Assembly (NCBI GenBank): GCA_965197645.1
Contig: OZ240219.1
Coordinates: forward strand, 224,001 to 288,000
Length of the DNA stretch: 64,000 bases
Source of the DNA: Dehalococcoidia bacterium
GTDB lineage: Bacteria; Chloroflexota; Dehalococcoidia; Plut-88900
Reading direction: 5' to 3'
Translations under genes and position numbers: made by a program
The notes under the pieces: generated by a model
The model's input: the letters and a program-made list of their open reading frames with translations, nothing else
What the model was told of the DNA's origin: nothing
The model's database searches: none
Shown here: positions 9,939 through 18,803 of the stretch, piece by piece
How positions within the stretch are numbered: position 1 is the stretch's first letter
How the letters are laid out: each line of letters starts with the position of its first letter

Positions 9939-11435
9939 ATGGCAGAGGTAGCAGAGCAACGAGCCGAGGCAGCAGCGCCACCGCTGGTAATCAAACGGGA
10001 CTGGAGGCTAACCTGGCTTCGCATCAAGGAGCAGGGCTTCTTCATGGCCCTCGTGCTGCCTGCCGTCATACTGACCACCATCTTCCTCATCTACCCCCTT
10101 TTCCTCGTAGTACAGCTGAGTTTCGGCGACGACGACTACGTCGGAGAAACCCGTCCCACGAAGGTCAACTACAAGTTCAGCACGCTCGATCAGTATGACC
10201 GCGCCTTTACCGGCACATACGTCAATGTGTTCGACGAGTTCCCGGATATTGAAACCGATGGCGCCAACACGGTCCTCAATATAGAACGACGGCCCTTGGG
10301 CGACCTGAATGGCGACGGCTCGGTAACTATCGATGACGTTGTAGTTACCATCTATGGTCGAGCGGTGCCCGTCCAAGAAATCGACGCCAAAGGCGGGGAC
10401 GTTCTTTTGGCGACGGCGGTTGAAGGCTCGGTAGCCATCAACGACGTTATAGTCACCATCGGGAATCAAGCGGTGACCGTGGATGAATTCAACGCCAAAG
10501 ACGGAGAGATTACTTTGGCGGCGCCGATTGACGACACTGTAACCACCGACGATGTTGTAGTTACCATCGATGGCAGAGCGATACCAGTGCGGGAGCTCGA
10601 CGCCGAAGACGGTGAGATTTCTTTGCGGCACGTCCTCGCAACCTATCTGATAGATAAGAAGTCCGGGCCCGGTGTATACCACACCCTATTCAAGACCACC
10701 TTTATGATCTCGTTCCTGACGACCTTTATTGCATTACTGGTCGGCTACCCCGTTGCCTATCTTATCTCCAACGTATCGGATAAGACTCGTTCCATCCTCC
10801 TTCCTCTGGTGATAGTGCCCTTCTGGACCAGCATTCTGGTCAGGACCTTCGCTTGGAGGATCATCCTGGGGCAGCGAGGCTTCATCAACGAGGTGCTGGA
10901 CTGGATAAGTCTCCGCGGAGTAGCCGCCAGCATCATGCAGGGGCTGGACAAGATAGACTTCGTAGACCTGATCGCCTTTCCCGGCGACTTCGAGAGTGGT
11001 GATCCATTGCCGTTGGTCTTCAACCGGATCGGCACCCTTATCGGTATGGTCCACATCATGGTGCCCTTCATGATCTTCCCGATATTCGCCGTGATGCGGG
11101 GCATCCCCAACGAGTACGTCCGGGCGGCGGAGAACCTGGGCGCCGGGCCGTACATGGCGTTCAGAAGGATCTACTTCCCCCTGACCCTGCCGGGCCTCGG
11201 CGCCGGGGTGTTGCTGACCTTCATCCTGTCCCTCGGATTCTTCATTACGCCCGCGCTGTTGGGTGGGCCGAAGGACAGAATGGTCTCCAACATGATCGAA
11301 GAGCAGATCAACCGGTCTCAAAACTGGGAGTTCGCCGCAGCGCTGGCGCTGATGTTGCTGGCTGTGACTATCGTCCTGTACATCTTGTACGCTCGGTTCA
11401 TGAGCTTCGAAAAGCTGTACGGCGATCAACGCTAG
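9939..11435 (+). CDS. PotB-like ABC permease with a large extracytoplasmic repeat insertion
   Basis: 'PFWTSILVRTFAW', EAA-like 'RAAENLGA', 'FFITPALLGG'; about 190-aa loop after TM1. Confidence 0.88.
   Translation: MAEVAEQRAEAAAPPLVIKRDWRLTWLRIKEQGFFMALVLPAVILTTIFLIYPLFLVVQLSFGDDDYVGETRPTKVNYKFSTLDQYDRAFTGTYVNVFDEFPDIETDGANTVLNIERRPLGDLNGDGSVTIDDVVVTIYGRAVPVQEIDAKGGDVLLATAVEGSVAINDVIVTIGNQAVTVDEFNAKDGEITLAAPIDDTVTTDDVVVTIDGRAIPVRELDAEDGEISLRHVLATYLIDKKSGPGVYHTLFKTTFMISFLTTFIALLVGYPVAYLISNVSDKTRSILLPLVIVPFWTSILVRTFAWRIILGQRGFINEVLDWISLRGVAASIMQGLDKIDFVDLIAFPGDFESGDPLPLVFNRIGTLIGMVHIMVPFMIFPIFAVMRGIPNEYVRAAENLGAGPYMAFRRIYFPLTLPGLGAGVLLTFILSLGFFITPALLGGPKDRMVSNMIEEQINRSQNWEFAAALALMLLAVTIVLYILYARFMSFEKLYGDQR
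10323..10626 (+). repeat. three imperfect 108-bp (36-aa) intragenic tandem repeats
   Basis: Units start at 10323, 10431, 10539: VTIDDVVVTIYGRAVPVQEIDAKGGDVLL / VAINDVIVTIGNQAVTVDEFNAKDGEITL / VTTDDVVVTIDGRAIPVRELDAEDGEISL. Confidence 0.9.
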
Positions 11436-11497
11436 CTCCCCCTCGAATGGATGACCAAGAGTCGAGCAAAAGCGGATAGACAAGGAGAAAAGGGAAG

Positions 11498-12871
11498 ATG
11501 AAGGGTACAGCGGCTAGAGGCGTAAGCGTCTGGGGCGGACAAAAGGCACCGCTGCGCAGGGTAATCCTGTACTGCTTCGTAACCCTGGTGTTTGCCTTTC
11601 TCATCCTGCCCAACTTCATCGTCATACCTCTATCGGTAACGGATTCCATCTACCTGGAGTTTCCACCCCAGGGCTTCACGTGGCGCTGGTACCAGGACTA
11701 CTTCGGCGTTGAAGGGGCCAGCCACTTCGGAACGGCCGGAAGATGGATTCCGGCCACACTCATAAGCCTTCAGCTGGCCCTAGTTGTGGTGGCCATAGCT
11801 GTGCCGCTGGGCTCCCTGGCGGCCTACGGCATGACGCGGGGGAGGTTCCCTGGGAAGACTGTGTTCAATGCCGTGATCATATCTCCGCTGATCGTGCCGA
11901 TTCTGATCACGGCGATAGCGCTGTTCTTCTTCCTATCAAAGAACTTGAGGGCCTTCTTCGATCCGCTGCCGGCGCCCGACCTGCCCAAAACCCCGGCTGT
12001 TCCGGAAATAGGTTGGCTGATCCTCCTCATAGTGACGGCCGTGCTGGTGGCGGCAACCCTCGCCCTGCGGCTACTGCCTAACCTTTTGGGGAGGGACCCC
12101 GAAGGAGGGATGTTGCGAGCCCACCAGTTCATCCTGAGCTGGTTCGGCCCGCTGATGATCGTGCTAACTCCCCTGTTCCTGCTCGGTCTGTTCATGCTGC
12201 TTGGAGAGTGGATCTTCGCCCTCTTCTTGATAGGGGTAGGAGGAGCATCCCTGGTGGGCATGCTCCTACCCAAGTTCATGACGGTAGACCAGGACGGGCC
12301 GGTTCAGGCCGTCCTTGACCGGGTAGGACCATTTCTTCCCTTTTCATTTGGCTTGGTAGCGTTCTTCATGCTAATGGCGCTATTCACGGGCTGGACGGAC
12401 AGATTTGACGGCAATCTCCTCTCTTTGGAAGACCCTCTTCCACCTCTGCCGGGCCTGTCTCCCGGTCTGGTTCTGGCTCATGTAATGCTGGCCACGCCTT
12501 ACACGGTCATCATCCTCAGCGCGACCCTCAGGAGCGTCGACGTCACCCTTGACCAGGCCTCCGCAACGCTGGGCGCCGGACCTTTCACGACACTGCGCAA
12601 GATAGTGTTGCCCTCGATGATTCCCGGCCTGGCCGGAGCAGCCTTCTTCTCCTTCCTGACCTCGTTCGACGAGTTGCTGATCGCCCTGTTCCTCTCCACA
12701 ACCGAGATAAGTACTCTCCCCAAGGAGATATTCGACGGCATACGTACTGAGATCAGCCCAACCATAGCGGCCATCGCCACCATGCTCATAGCCTTGACGG
12801 TCATACTCCTGTCCGTAGCCTTGACATTCTCGTTGAGGCTCAAGCGGAAAGCGGGAATCCTCGAGGAGTAG
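11498..12871 (+). CDS. PotC-like ABC permease with extra transmembrane insertion
   Basis: 'FPPQGFTWRWY', 'PLIVP', 'QASATLGA', 'SFDE'; about 160-aa hydrophobic insertion. Confidence 0.88.
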   Translation: MKGTAARGVSVWGGQKAPLRRVILYCFVTLVFAFLILPNFIVIPLSVTDSIYLEFPPQGFTWRWYQDYFGVEGASHFGTAGRWIPATLISLQLALVVVAIAVPLGSLAAYGMTRGRFPGKTVFNAVIISPLIVPILITAIALFFFLSKNLRAFFDPLPAPDLPKTPAVPEIGWLILLIVTAVLVAATLALRLLPNLLGRDPEGGMLRAHQFILSWFGPLMIVLTPLFLLGLFMLLGEWIFALFLIGVGGASLVGMLLPKFMTVDQDGPVQAVLDRVGPFLPFSFGLVAFFMLMALFTGWTDRFDGNLLSLEDPLPPLPGLSPGLVLAHVMLATPYTVIILSATLRSVDVTLDQASATLGAGPFTTLRKIVLPSMIPGLAGAAFFSFLTSFDELLIALFLSTTEISTLPKEIFDGIRTEISPTIAAIATMLIALTVILLSVALTFSLRLKRKAGILEE

Positions 12872-12910
12872 TGGCGCTTCTTGGGCACGCAACATTCAAC
12901 CGAGAGGAAG

Positions 12911-13585
12911 ATGTTTATGTTTAGGACTCGCAAATCCTACCGGGTGCTGGGGCTCGCAGCCGCGGTAATGGCAGCGTTGTTGATACTGGCGGCATGCGGA
13001 GGTGGAGGCGGTACTGACCCCGAAGCCACTACCGAACCCGAAGCCACTACCGCCCCAGCCGACGATACTCCCGCACCTGCTGTTGCTACGCCAACTGCCG
13101 CTACTTCTGGGGAGACCGAGGAGGAGTCCACAACAACTGCCGCCGACACTTCCATGCCCACTGGAGAAGCCGGAACAGTATCGGTGGCCATCGAGGGCGC
13201 ACAGCTGCCGGAGCCCTTCGTCGGCGGAGAGGAAGTAGAGGGCACGGAGGAGATCATAGAAATGATGGCCATGGGTGGATCGGGGCAGACCGGCACCACC
13301 AGGCTCGTTCAGGTTGAGCGCACCGCGGTAATCGAGATCACCCTCTCTCCCGCGGGAGATGGAAACCAGATAGCTGTAATCGGCCGAGGCAGATGCGACG
13401 ATGAAGAGAGAAGCGAGCAGGTGGATTACGTCCTGTACGATGTGGAAGACGGAAAATCGATAAGCGTCGTCAACCAGCCGGTCGCATACTTCTCATTCAG
13501 CAGGTCGATCATACTGGTCTACAACGGTGATTCAATCGACTCCGGTGAGGCCGCCTGCGGGGACATCCGCAGCGCCTTCAGCTAA
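12911..13585 (+). CDS. lipoprotein with Pro/Thr/Ala linker and Cu/Zn-SOD-like C-terminal domain
   Basis: Lipobox LAAC, GGGGG, PEATTE-PEATTA repeat, C-terminal 'G.C....L..V.DG.S...ACGDI'; RBS GAGAGG. Confidence 0.7.
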   Translation: MFMFRTRKSYRVLGLAAAVMAALLILAACGGGGGTDPEATTEPEATTAPADDTPAPAVATPTAATSGETEEESTTTAADTSMPTGEAGTVSVAIEGAQLPEPFVGGEEVEGTEEIIEMMAMGGSGQTGTTRLVQVERTAVIEITLSPAGDGNQIAVIGRGRCDDEERSEQVDYVLYDVEDGKSISVVNQPVAYFSFSRSIILVYNGDSIDSGEAACGDIRSAFS

Positions 13586-13606
13586 TCGTCTTCGCTGAAC
13601 TGACCA

Positions 13607-13643
13607 CTGGGGCCGCCGGATTACCGGCGGCCCCAGCACTTTC
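13607..13643 (+). terminator. intrinsic terminator-like hairpin
   Basis: CTGGGGCCGCCGG-ATTA-CCGGCGGCCCCAG perfect 13-bp stem after the operon; weak U tract. Confidence 0.75.
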
Positions 13644-13860
13644 ACCGCAACCATCTCGCTTGACCAAGCCGAGTACGGCTAGTACGCTAGCCTCGGTCGG
13701 CAAAGGCGATGGCTGCTCACACTGGCCCAGGACCGTCGGGCCGCTTTCAACCCCAAAACGAGCGCCAGATGACTATGTCCCACTCAGAGATAAGGATCAC
13801 CCCTCAACGATACTCCTACCGGGGCCTCCTGCAGTACAAAGAATCCGCGAAAGGTGACCA

Positions 13861-14673
13861 ATGATTGACTACGGTCGATTCGACACACTGGACGTACAGG
13901 TGAAGGATTCTATTGCCGTTGTCACCCTGAATCGACCCGATGCACTGAATGCCGTCGATCACCAGATGCACCTGGAGATCGAGGAGGTACTGGGTGACGT
14001 CACCGAGGATCCAGAGGTTAGTGTAGTCGTCTTAACAGGTGCAGGCAGGACCTTCTCCGCCGGCGGAGACATCAGGGCGATGAAGGAGCGAGCAGACAAC
14101 CCCGAGGCGCAGCGGGAGTACGTTACTAATTTCATAATGCAGGGCCCGTGGAAGCTGGTTAGGAACCTCCTTGAGGTGCGTCAGCCGGTCATAGCCGCCG
14201 TCAACGGAGATGCCATCGGCCTCGGCGCAACCCTAGCCCTGATCTCCGACATGATCATCATTTCAGATGACGCCCGGATCGGCGACCCTCACGTGAGGGT
14301 CGGTATAGTGGCCGGCGACGGCGGCGCCGCCATTTGGCCTCTGCTCACCAGCCTGTGCAAAGCCAAGGAGCTACTGATGACCGGCGACCTAATCACCGCA
14401 TCGGAAGCCGAGCGAATAGGGCTGGTCAACAGGGTGGTCCCAGCTGACCAGGTGATGACTTCCGCACTCGAACTTGCCCAGCGACTGGCCTCAGGACCGA
14501 CACTGGCCATAAGGTGGACCAAGCTCGCTCTTAACAAACGGCTTCGCAACGAGGTCAACTTGGTGCTGGAGGCGTCCCTGGCCACGGAGGGACTCACCTT
14601 CCTGAGCGACGACCATCGAGAGGCGGTCACCGCCTTCCTGGAGAAGCGTAAGCCTACTTTCCAAGCAAGATAA
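13861..14673 (+). CDS. enoyl-CoA hydratase/isomerase family protein
   Basis: 'TLNRP..LNA', 'FSAGGDI', 'AAVNGDAIGLG', 'GIVAGDGG', 'AFLEKRKP.F'. Confidence 0.93.
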   Translation: MIDYGRFDTLDVQVKDSIAVVTLNRPDALNAVDHQMHLEIEEVLGDVTEDPEVSVVVLTGAGRTFSAGGDIRAMKERADNPEAQREYVTNFIMQGPWKLVRNLLEVRQPVIAAVNGDAIGLGATLALISDMIIISDDARIGDPHVRVGIVAGDGGAAIWPLLTSLCKAKELLMTGDLITASEAERIGLVNRVVPADQVMTSALELAQRLASGPTLAIRWTKLALNKRLRNEVNLVLEASLATEGLTFLSDDHREAVTAFLEKRKPTFQAR

Positions 14674-14678
14674 CCACC

Positions 14679-14858
14679 ATGATATTCAAGCTTCTTCTAT
14701 GGCCCATCAAGCTGGTCTTCAAGGTCCTTTTGTGGTTCCTGATGCTGCCGATCAATATCTTCATGGTGCCGGCCAAGATGGTGTGGCGCGTGGCCCAGGT
14801 CCTGATTTACCTGGTCATCATCGCTGTCATAGTCCTCATCGTCATCCAGTTTATCTGA
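14679..14858 (+). CDS. small hydrophobic membrane protein (59 aa; absent from ORF track)
   Basis: MIFKLLLWPIKLVFKVLLWFLMLPINIFMVPAKMVWRVAQVLIYLVIIAVIVLIVIQFI; starts 5 nt after the ECH stop; host-like C/G-ending codons. Confidence 0.65.
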   Translation: MIFKLLLWPIKLVFKVLLWFLMLPINIFMVPAKMVWRVAQVLIYLVIIAVIVLIVIQFI

Positions 14859-14969
14859 CGACGGACCGTCTCAATGGGCCAAGCAGACAGTAGGGACGGC
14901 GTTCCATCAGAAGACGGACGAGGGGATAACGACTCCGAAAAGACCGAGCCGGCTCCCCACAGCGAGAAA

Positions 14970-16100
14970 ATGAGCCAGTTCGTAGTCGACGCCGACAGCC
15001 ACGTCCTGGAACCCAAGGACCTGTGGCAGACCTACATAGAACCTCGGTTCCTGGACCGAGCCCCGCGCATCGAGGTGGACTCCGACGGCTGGGAGCAGTG
15101 GGTTATCGATGGAAAGCCCTATTCGTACCGTCACGGCGTGTTCGGAGACATGGGGGCCATCGGCAAGGACCTGAAACGGTACTTTACCCCCGGTGCGGTC
15201 ACCTACGAGGAGGGATGCCGGCTCTCTCCAGGGGGCTGGGATCCCCGTGAACGCGTAAAGATGCTGAACGAAGAAGGCATCGATAAAGTACTCCTGTATC
15301 CATCGCTGGGCATCACCTGGGAGGGCGGCTGCGACGACCCGGAGCTGGCCGCGGCGTGTTGCCGGGCCTACAACACCTGGCTCATCGAATGGTGCAGCCG
15401 ATATCCAGACCGGCTGTATCCCGTAGCCCACGCTTCCCTGAAGGACCCCGTCCAGGCAGCCTCGGAGCTGAAACGAACGGCGGAGGCCGGCGTGCGGGGT
15501 GCTATGGTGCGGGCCTATCCCTCGGGCGATAGGCCGTATGGACACCCGGACAACGATCCGTTTTGGACAGCGGCCCAGGACCTGAACCTTCCAGTGGCAC
15601 TGCACATCGGCGGCAACCCGAAGATGGCAGGCAGCGATCTATTCGACGTCAAGTTTGGGGCCGGAACGTGGTGGGTGTACGTCATGTTCGCCGCCGACAC
15701 ATTCATCGGTCTGACCAGCCTCTTTCACGGGGCCGTCTTCGAGCGCTTCCCCGGACTCAAGACGGCGGCCCTGGAAACAGGCTCGGCGTGGGTCGGCTAC
15801 TGGCTGGAACGCATGGACGAGACCTTCGAGAACCTCAAGTTTTCGATACCACTCAAGCAACGACCCTCCGACTACTTCAAGCGACAGTGCTGGGTCACCA
15901 TGGAACCGGATGAGGAGCTGGCCATAGCCACCATTCGCCACGTCGGCGCAGACAACTTCATGTGGGCCGCCGACTATCCCCATTCCGACGGCCACCTTGA
16001 CGCCGTCGCCAAGTTGAAATCGACGATCGAAGGACTCTCTACGGCGGACCAGGGAAAGATCCTGGGTGGAAACGCCGAGCGGGTCTATAACCTGAGATGA
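14970..16100 (+). CDS. amidohydrolase family (Amidohydro_2) protein
   Basis: 'DADSH', 'LH', 'ERFPGLK..LE.G..W', 'ADYPH.DG', 'NA.R.Y'; start chosen at MSQFVVD. Confidence 0.9.
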   Translation: MSQFVVDADSHVLEPKDLWQTYIEPRFLDRAPRIEVDSDGWEQWVIDGKPYSYRHGVFGDMGAIGKDLKRYFTPGAVTYEEGCRLSPGGWDPRERVKMLNEEGIDKVLLYPSLGITWEGGCDDPELAAACCRAYNTWLIEWCSRYPDRLYPVAHASLKDPVQAASELKRTAEAGVRGAMVRAYPSGDRPYGHPDNDPFWTAAQDLNLPVALHIGGNPKMAGSDLFDVKFGAGTWWVYVMFAADTFIGLTSLFHGAVFERFPGLKTAALETGSAWVGYWLERMDETFENLKFSIPLKQRPSDYFKRQCWVTMEPDEELAIATIRHVGADNFMWAADYPHSDGHLDAVAKLKSTIEGLSTADQGKILGGNAERVYNLR

Positions 16101-16142
16101 AGACCGCGAGGCGCAGCCGTCCTGCAGGCCTGAACCCCGGCC

Positions 16143-16559
16143 TTAGACCTTGCCCCAGGTTACTATTCGCTCAGGCGTGATGGCCAGGATGGGCCGGTTC
16201 GTCATGTCCATGGCTGAGTACTGTCGATACCGGCCTCTCAGCAGCTCCGCCGCCGATTGGTGCTCAGACCCTGCGTAGATAATCGAAGCGGCGCCGTGGA
16301 CCATCACGAAGCCCAACCGGCTCCAGTCATCGGAGTACTCGTCGACTGTCAAGCAGACCTGGGGATTGCCCCGAATGTTTCTTATCCGCTTCAGTTTTTC
16401 CTGCGCTACGGACTTGGGCTTCTCGTCGATGACGCTGTATATGCGGGACTCCGTCGCGGCGTAGCAGATGGGTACCACGTGGGGTTTGCCGGAAGCGTCG
16501 GCAGTGCCGAGCCGCCCAACTTTATGGTCCTCCAGGAACTTGAGCACCGATCCCTTCAC
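16143..16559 (-). CDS. pyridoxamine-5'-phosphate-oxidase-like, probable F420-dependent oxidoreductase
   Basis: 'GRLGTAD..GKPHVVPICY', 'IDEKPK...LKRIRNI..NPQV.L.VDEY.DDWS.L'; GTG start 1 nt after the hpnE stop. Confidence 0.8.
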   Translation of the reverse strand: MKGSVLKFLEDHKVGRLGTADASGKPHVVPICYAATESRIYSVIDEKPKSVAQEKLKRIRNIRGNPQVCLTVDEYSDDWSRLGFVMVHGAASIIYAGSEHQSAAELLRGRYRQYSAMDMTNRPILAITPERIVTWGKV

Positions 16560-16560
16560 C

Positions 16561-17955
16561 TTATTGACTCCCGTTAGCCGAGGCGTGATGGGCTTCCACC
16601 AATTCCTTAGCTGCAGTCTCACCGCTCCGCACGGCGCCTTCCATGGTGGAGGGCCAGTCGGTGTCCGTCCACTCCCCTGCGAGAAACAGGTTGCCAATGG
16701 GGGTCCTGGCGGGGAGACGATGCCTCATCGCCCCCGGAGCAGCCGAAAACGTGGCCATCGGTTCTTTAACTACGGATACGTGGGTTACACCCGCCTGGTC
16801 CGCCCTGGGCAGCAAGCCGGCAAGCTCCTCCAGGAACATCCGCCGGATCTCCTCCTTGGGAACGTCGATCAGGTCTCGGGCACCGCTCTGGGACAGGCAG
16901 ATGTACTGGCCATCCTGGCCGTTTCGGTTGTACATCCGGCTCTTGTTGAAGGCCCACTGGACCTTACTGTTCAGGAACGCTGCAAACTCAAACCGGGCCA
17001 CGGGCCTATCGTACCAGACGTGGACATTGACAATCGGGGACGATTCCAGTGCGGACGCGCGTCCAAAGAAGGGGTCCTCTTGCAACTCCGCCGAGAGCAT
17101 GGGAACGAAGACCTGGTGAGGTACGGCGCTGACGTAATAGTCGGCGGCGAGGAGCCCGCCTCCGGTCAGTGCAATGCCCTCGATACGGCCGCCTGCCACA
17201 CGCAGGCCAGCCGCCTCCGATTTCAGGACCACCTCTCCACCCCGGTCGGTGATGTATAGCTTCGCCGCGTCCTCTATGAGGCTGGTCAGCCCGACCTTTG
17301 AGTAGCCGATGTCCGCCCCTCTCGAGTCCTTGAAGAACCCCTCCTGGAACACCATCATGGCCTGGTTGGCGCTTACCCACCGTACGTCGTCGTTCAGTGT
17401 GGGTAGGGTGATGACGTTCCAGAAGTTGGCGATGGCTCTACCGGTCTGGCCGTGCTGTCGCAGCCAGTCGTAGAAGGTCTGGCCGTCCAACTCTTTCCTT
17501 CCCTTCTCGCCGAGGGCCATGATCCGCAAGGACGCCATAAGCGCAAGGGCTTTCTCCCGCGCCGACAGGTGGCGGTACGTTGCGAAGGAGGGCAACAGGT
17601 GGAAGGGGGTGGGGAGAGGAGCGCTGCTCAGCCCGGACGCACCGCCGGGACCATCGATGATCTGTACGGCCATGCGGTCCTGCACGTAGGTATTTTGGAA
17701 GACGCCCAGCCGCTTCAGGAAGGCGATGTATCGGGTGCAGCACCGCATGAAGACGTGCTGGCCATTGTCCACTTCGAAGCCGGTGGTACGGTCGGTGAAG
17801 GAGAATGCCCGGCCGCCGAGGAAGCCCCGCCTCTCAAGCAGCTTGACCCTGAACCCACCGTTGCCCAGTTTACAAGCAGCGGCGAGGCCCGCCAGTCCTC
17901 CTCCTATGACCAGGACCGTGGGTCGAGAAGACTCTCCGACAGCGTTTTCAGCCAT
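16561..17955 (-). CDS. hpnE: hydroxysqualene dehydroxylase
   Basis: GGGLAG, 'LGGRAFS', 'VDNGQHV', 'AGEWT...WPSTMEGAVRSG'; next to hpnCD. Confidence 0.9.
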   Translation of the reverse strand: MAENAVGESSRPTVLVIGGGLAGLAAACKLGNGGFRVKLLERRGFLGGRAFSFTDRTTGFEVDNGQHVFMRCCTRYIAFLKRLGVFQNTYVQDRMAVQIIDGPGGASGLSSAPLPTPFHLLPSFATYRHLSAREKALALMASLRIMALGEKGRKELDGQTFYDWLRQHGQTGRAIANFWNVITLPTLNDDVRWVSANQAMMVFQEGFFKDSRGADIGYSKVGLTSLIEDAAKLYITDRGGEVVLKSEAAGLRVAGGRIEGIALTGGGLLAADYYVSAVPHQVFVPMLSAELQEDPFFGRASALESSPIVNVHVWYDRPVARFEFAAFLNSKVQWAFNKSRMYNRNGQDGQYICLSQSGARDLIDVPKEEIRRMFLEELAGLLPRADQAGVTHVSVVKEPMATFSAAPGAMRHRLPARTPIGNLFLAGEWTDTDWPSTMEGAVRSGETAAKELVEAHHASANGSQ

Positions 17956-18788
17956 ATCTTGCCTGTCAAGCCAACCTTTTCAGCCGTGGTGAGCCGCACC
18001 CTGCAGTTGAAAACATCGTACCCCCGGGCTTCTATCCTGTCCAATAGCTTGATATAAAGGCCCTGCAGCACTGCAGGACACAACCTTGATCTGGCGTCCA
18101 GCAAAGGCAGAAGGTCCCGGCTCCTGGCGAAGTACTCCCTGGCCCGGGCCACCTGGAACTTCATCATCTCAACGAAATCGCCGCTGACGGTCCCGCTGGT
18201 CAAATCATTCTCTGAGTAGCGGAACCTGTCCAACTCGTCCTGAGGTACGTAAATCCTATCCCTGCCGCGGTCTTCCTCGATATCCCGAAGGATGTTGGTC
18301 AGCTGCATGGCGATGCCCATGTCGATGGCGTAGTCACGGGCCCGCTCGTCCCTGTAGCCGAAAATCTGAATGCAGATCAGGCCCACCACGGAGGCGACCC
18401 GGTAGCAGTACTGGCGAAGCTCCTCGAACGTATCGTAGCGGGTGGTGGTCAGGTCCATCTCGACGCCGCTGATGACGTCTTCCAGGTACTCGAGGGGTAT
18501 ATCGTACTTGCGAACGGCATCCATCAGGGCGATGAAAACGGGTCCGTTGGGTTCCCCCCGAAACGCTTGATGGAGCTGTTTGCGGTACTCCTCGAGCAGA
18601 CGGGTCTTCTCTTCCAGGGCGGCCTCTTCGTCGCTGTAGTCGTCACACTGGCGGCAGAAGGCGTAGGCGGCGTAGATGCCCAGCCGTTTGGGTCGAGGGA
18701 GGGCAACGAAGGCGTAGTAGAAGTTCTTCGCCCTTTTGCGGGTCACGCGGCGGCAATGCTCGTATGCCTGCTGGAGTGAGTACTCCAT
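17904..18788 (-). CDS. hpnD: presqualene diphosphate synthase
   Basis: 'NFYYAF', 'YAFCR.CDD', 'YCYRVASVVG', 'QLTNILRDI.ED..R.RIYVP'. Confidence 0.88.
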   Translation of the reverse strand: MEYSLQQAYEHCRRVTRKRAKNFYYAFVALPRPKRLGIYAAYAFCRQCDDYSDEEAALEEKTRLLEEYRKQLHQAFRGEPNGPVFIALMDAVRKYDIPLEYLEDVISGVEMDLTTTRYDTFEELRQYCYRVASVVGLICIQIFGYRDERARDYAIDMGIAMQLTNILRDIEEDRGRDRIYVPQDELDRFRYSENDLTSGTVSGDFVEMMKFQVARAREYFARSRDLLPLLDARSRLCPAVLQGLYIKLLDRIEARGYDVFNCRVRLTTAEKVGLTGKIWLKTLSESLLDPRSWS

Positions 18789-18803
18789 ATGCTCACGAGG
18801 CGC

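Noticed and set aside
10323-10626. Possible CRISPR-like periodicity
   Set aside because: Units are in-frame, diverged 108-bp coding repeats with no spacers or cas genes.
13018-13053. 18-bp tandem repeat in the lipoprotein gene
   Set aside because: Ordinary low-complexity linker duplication (PEATTE-PEATTA).
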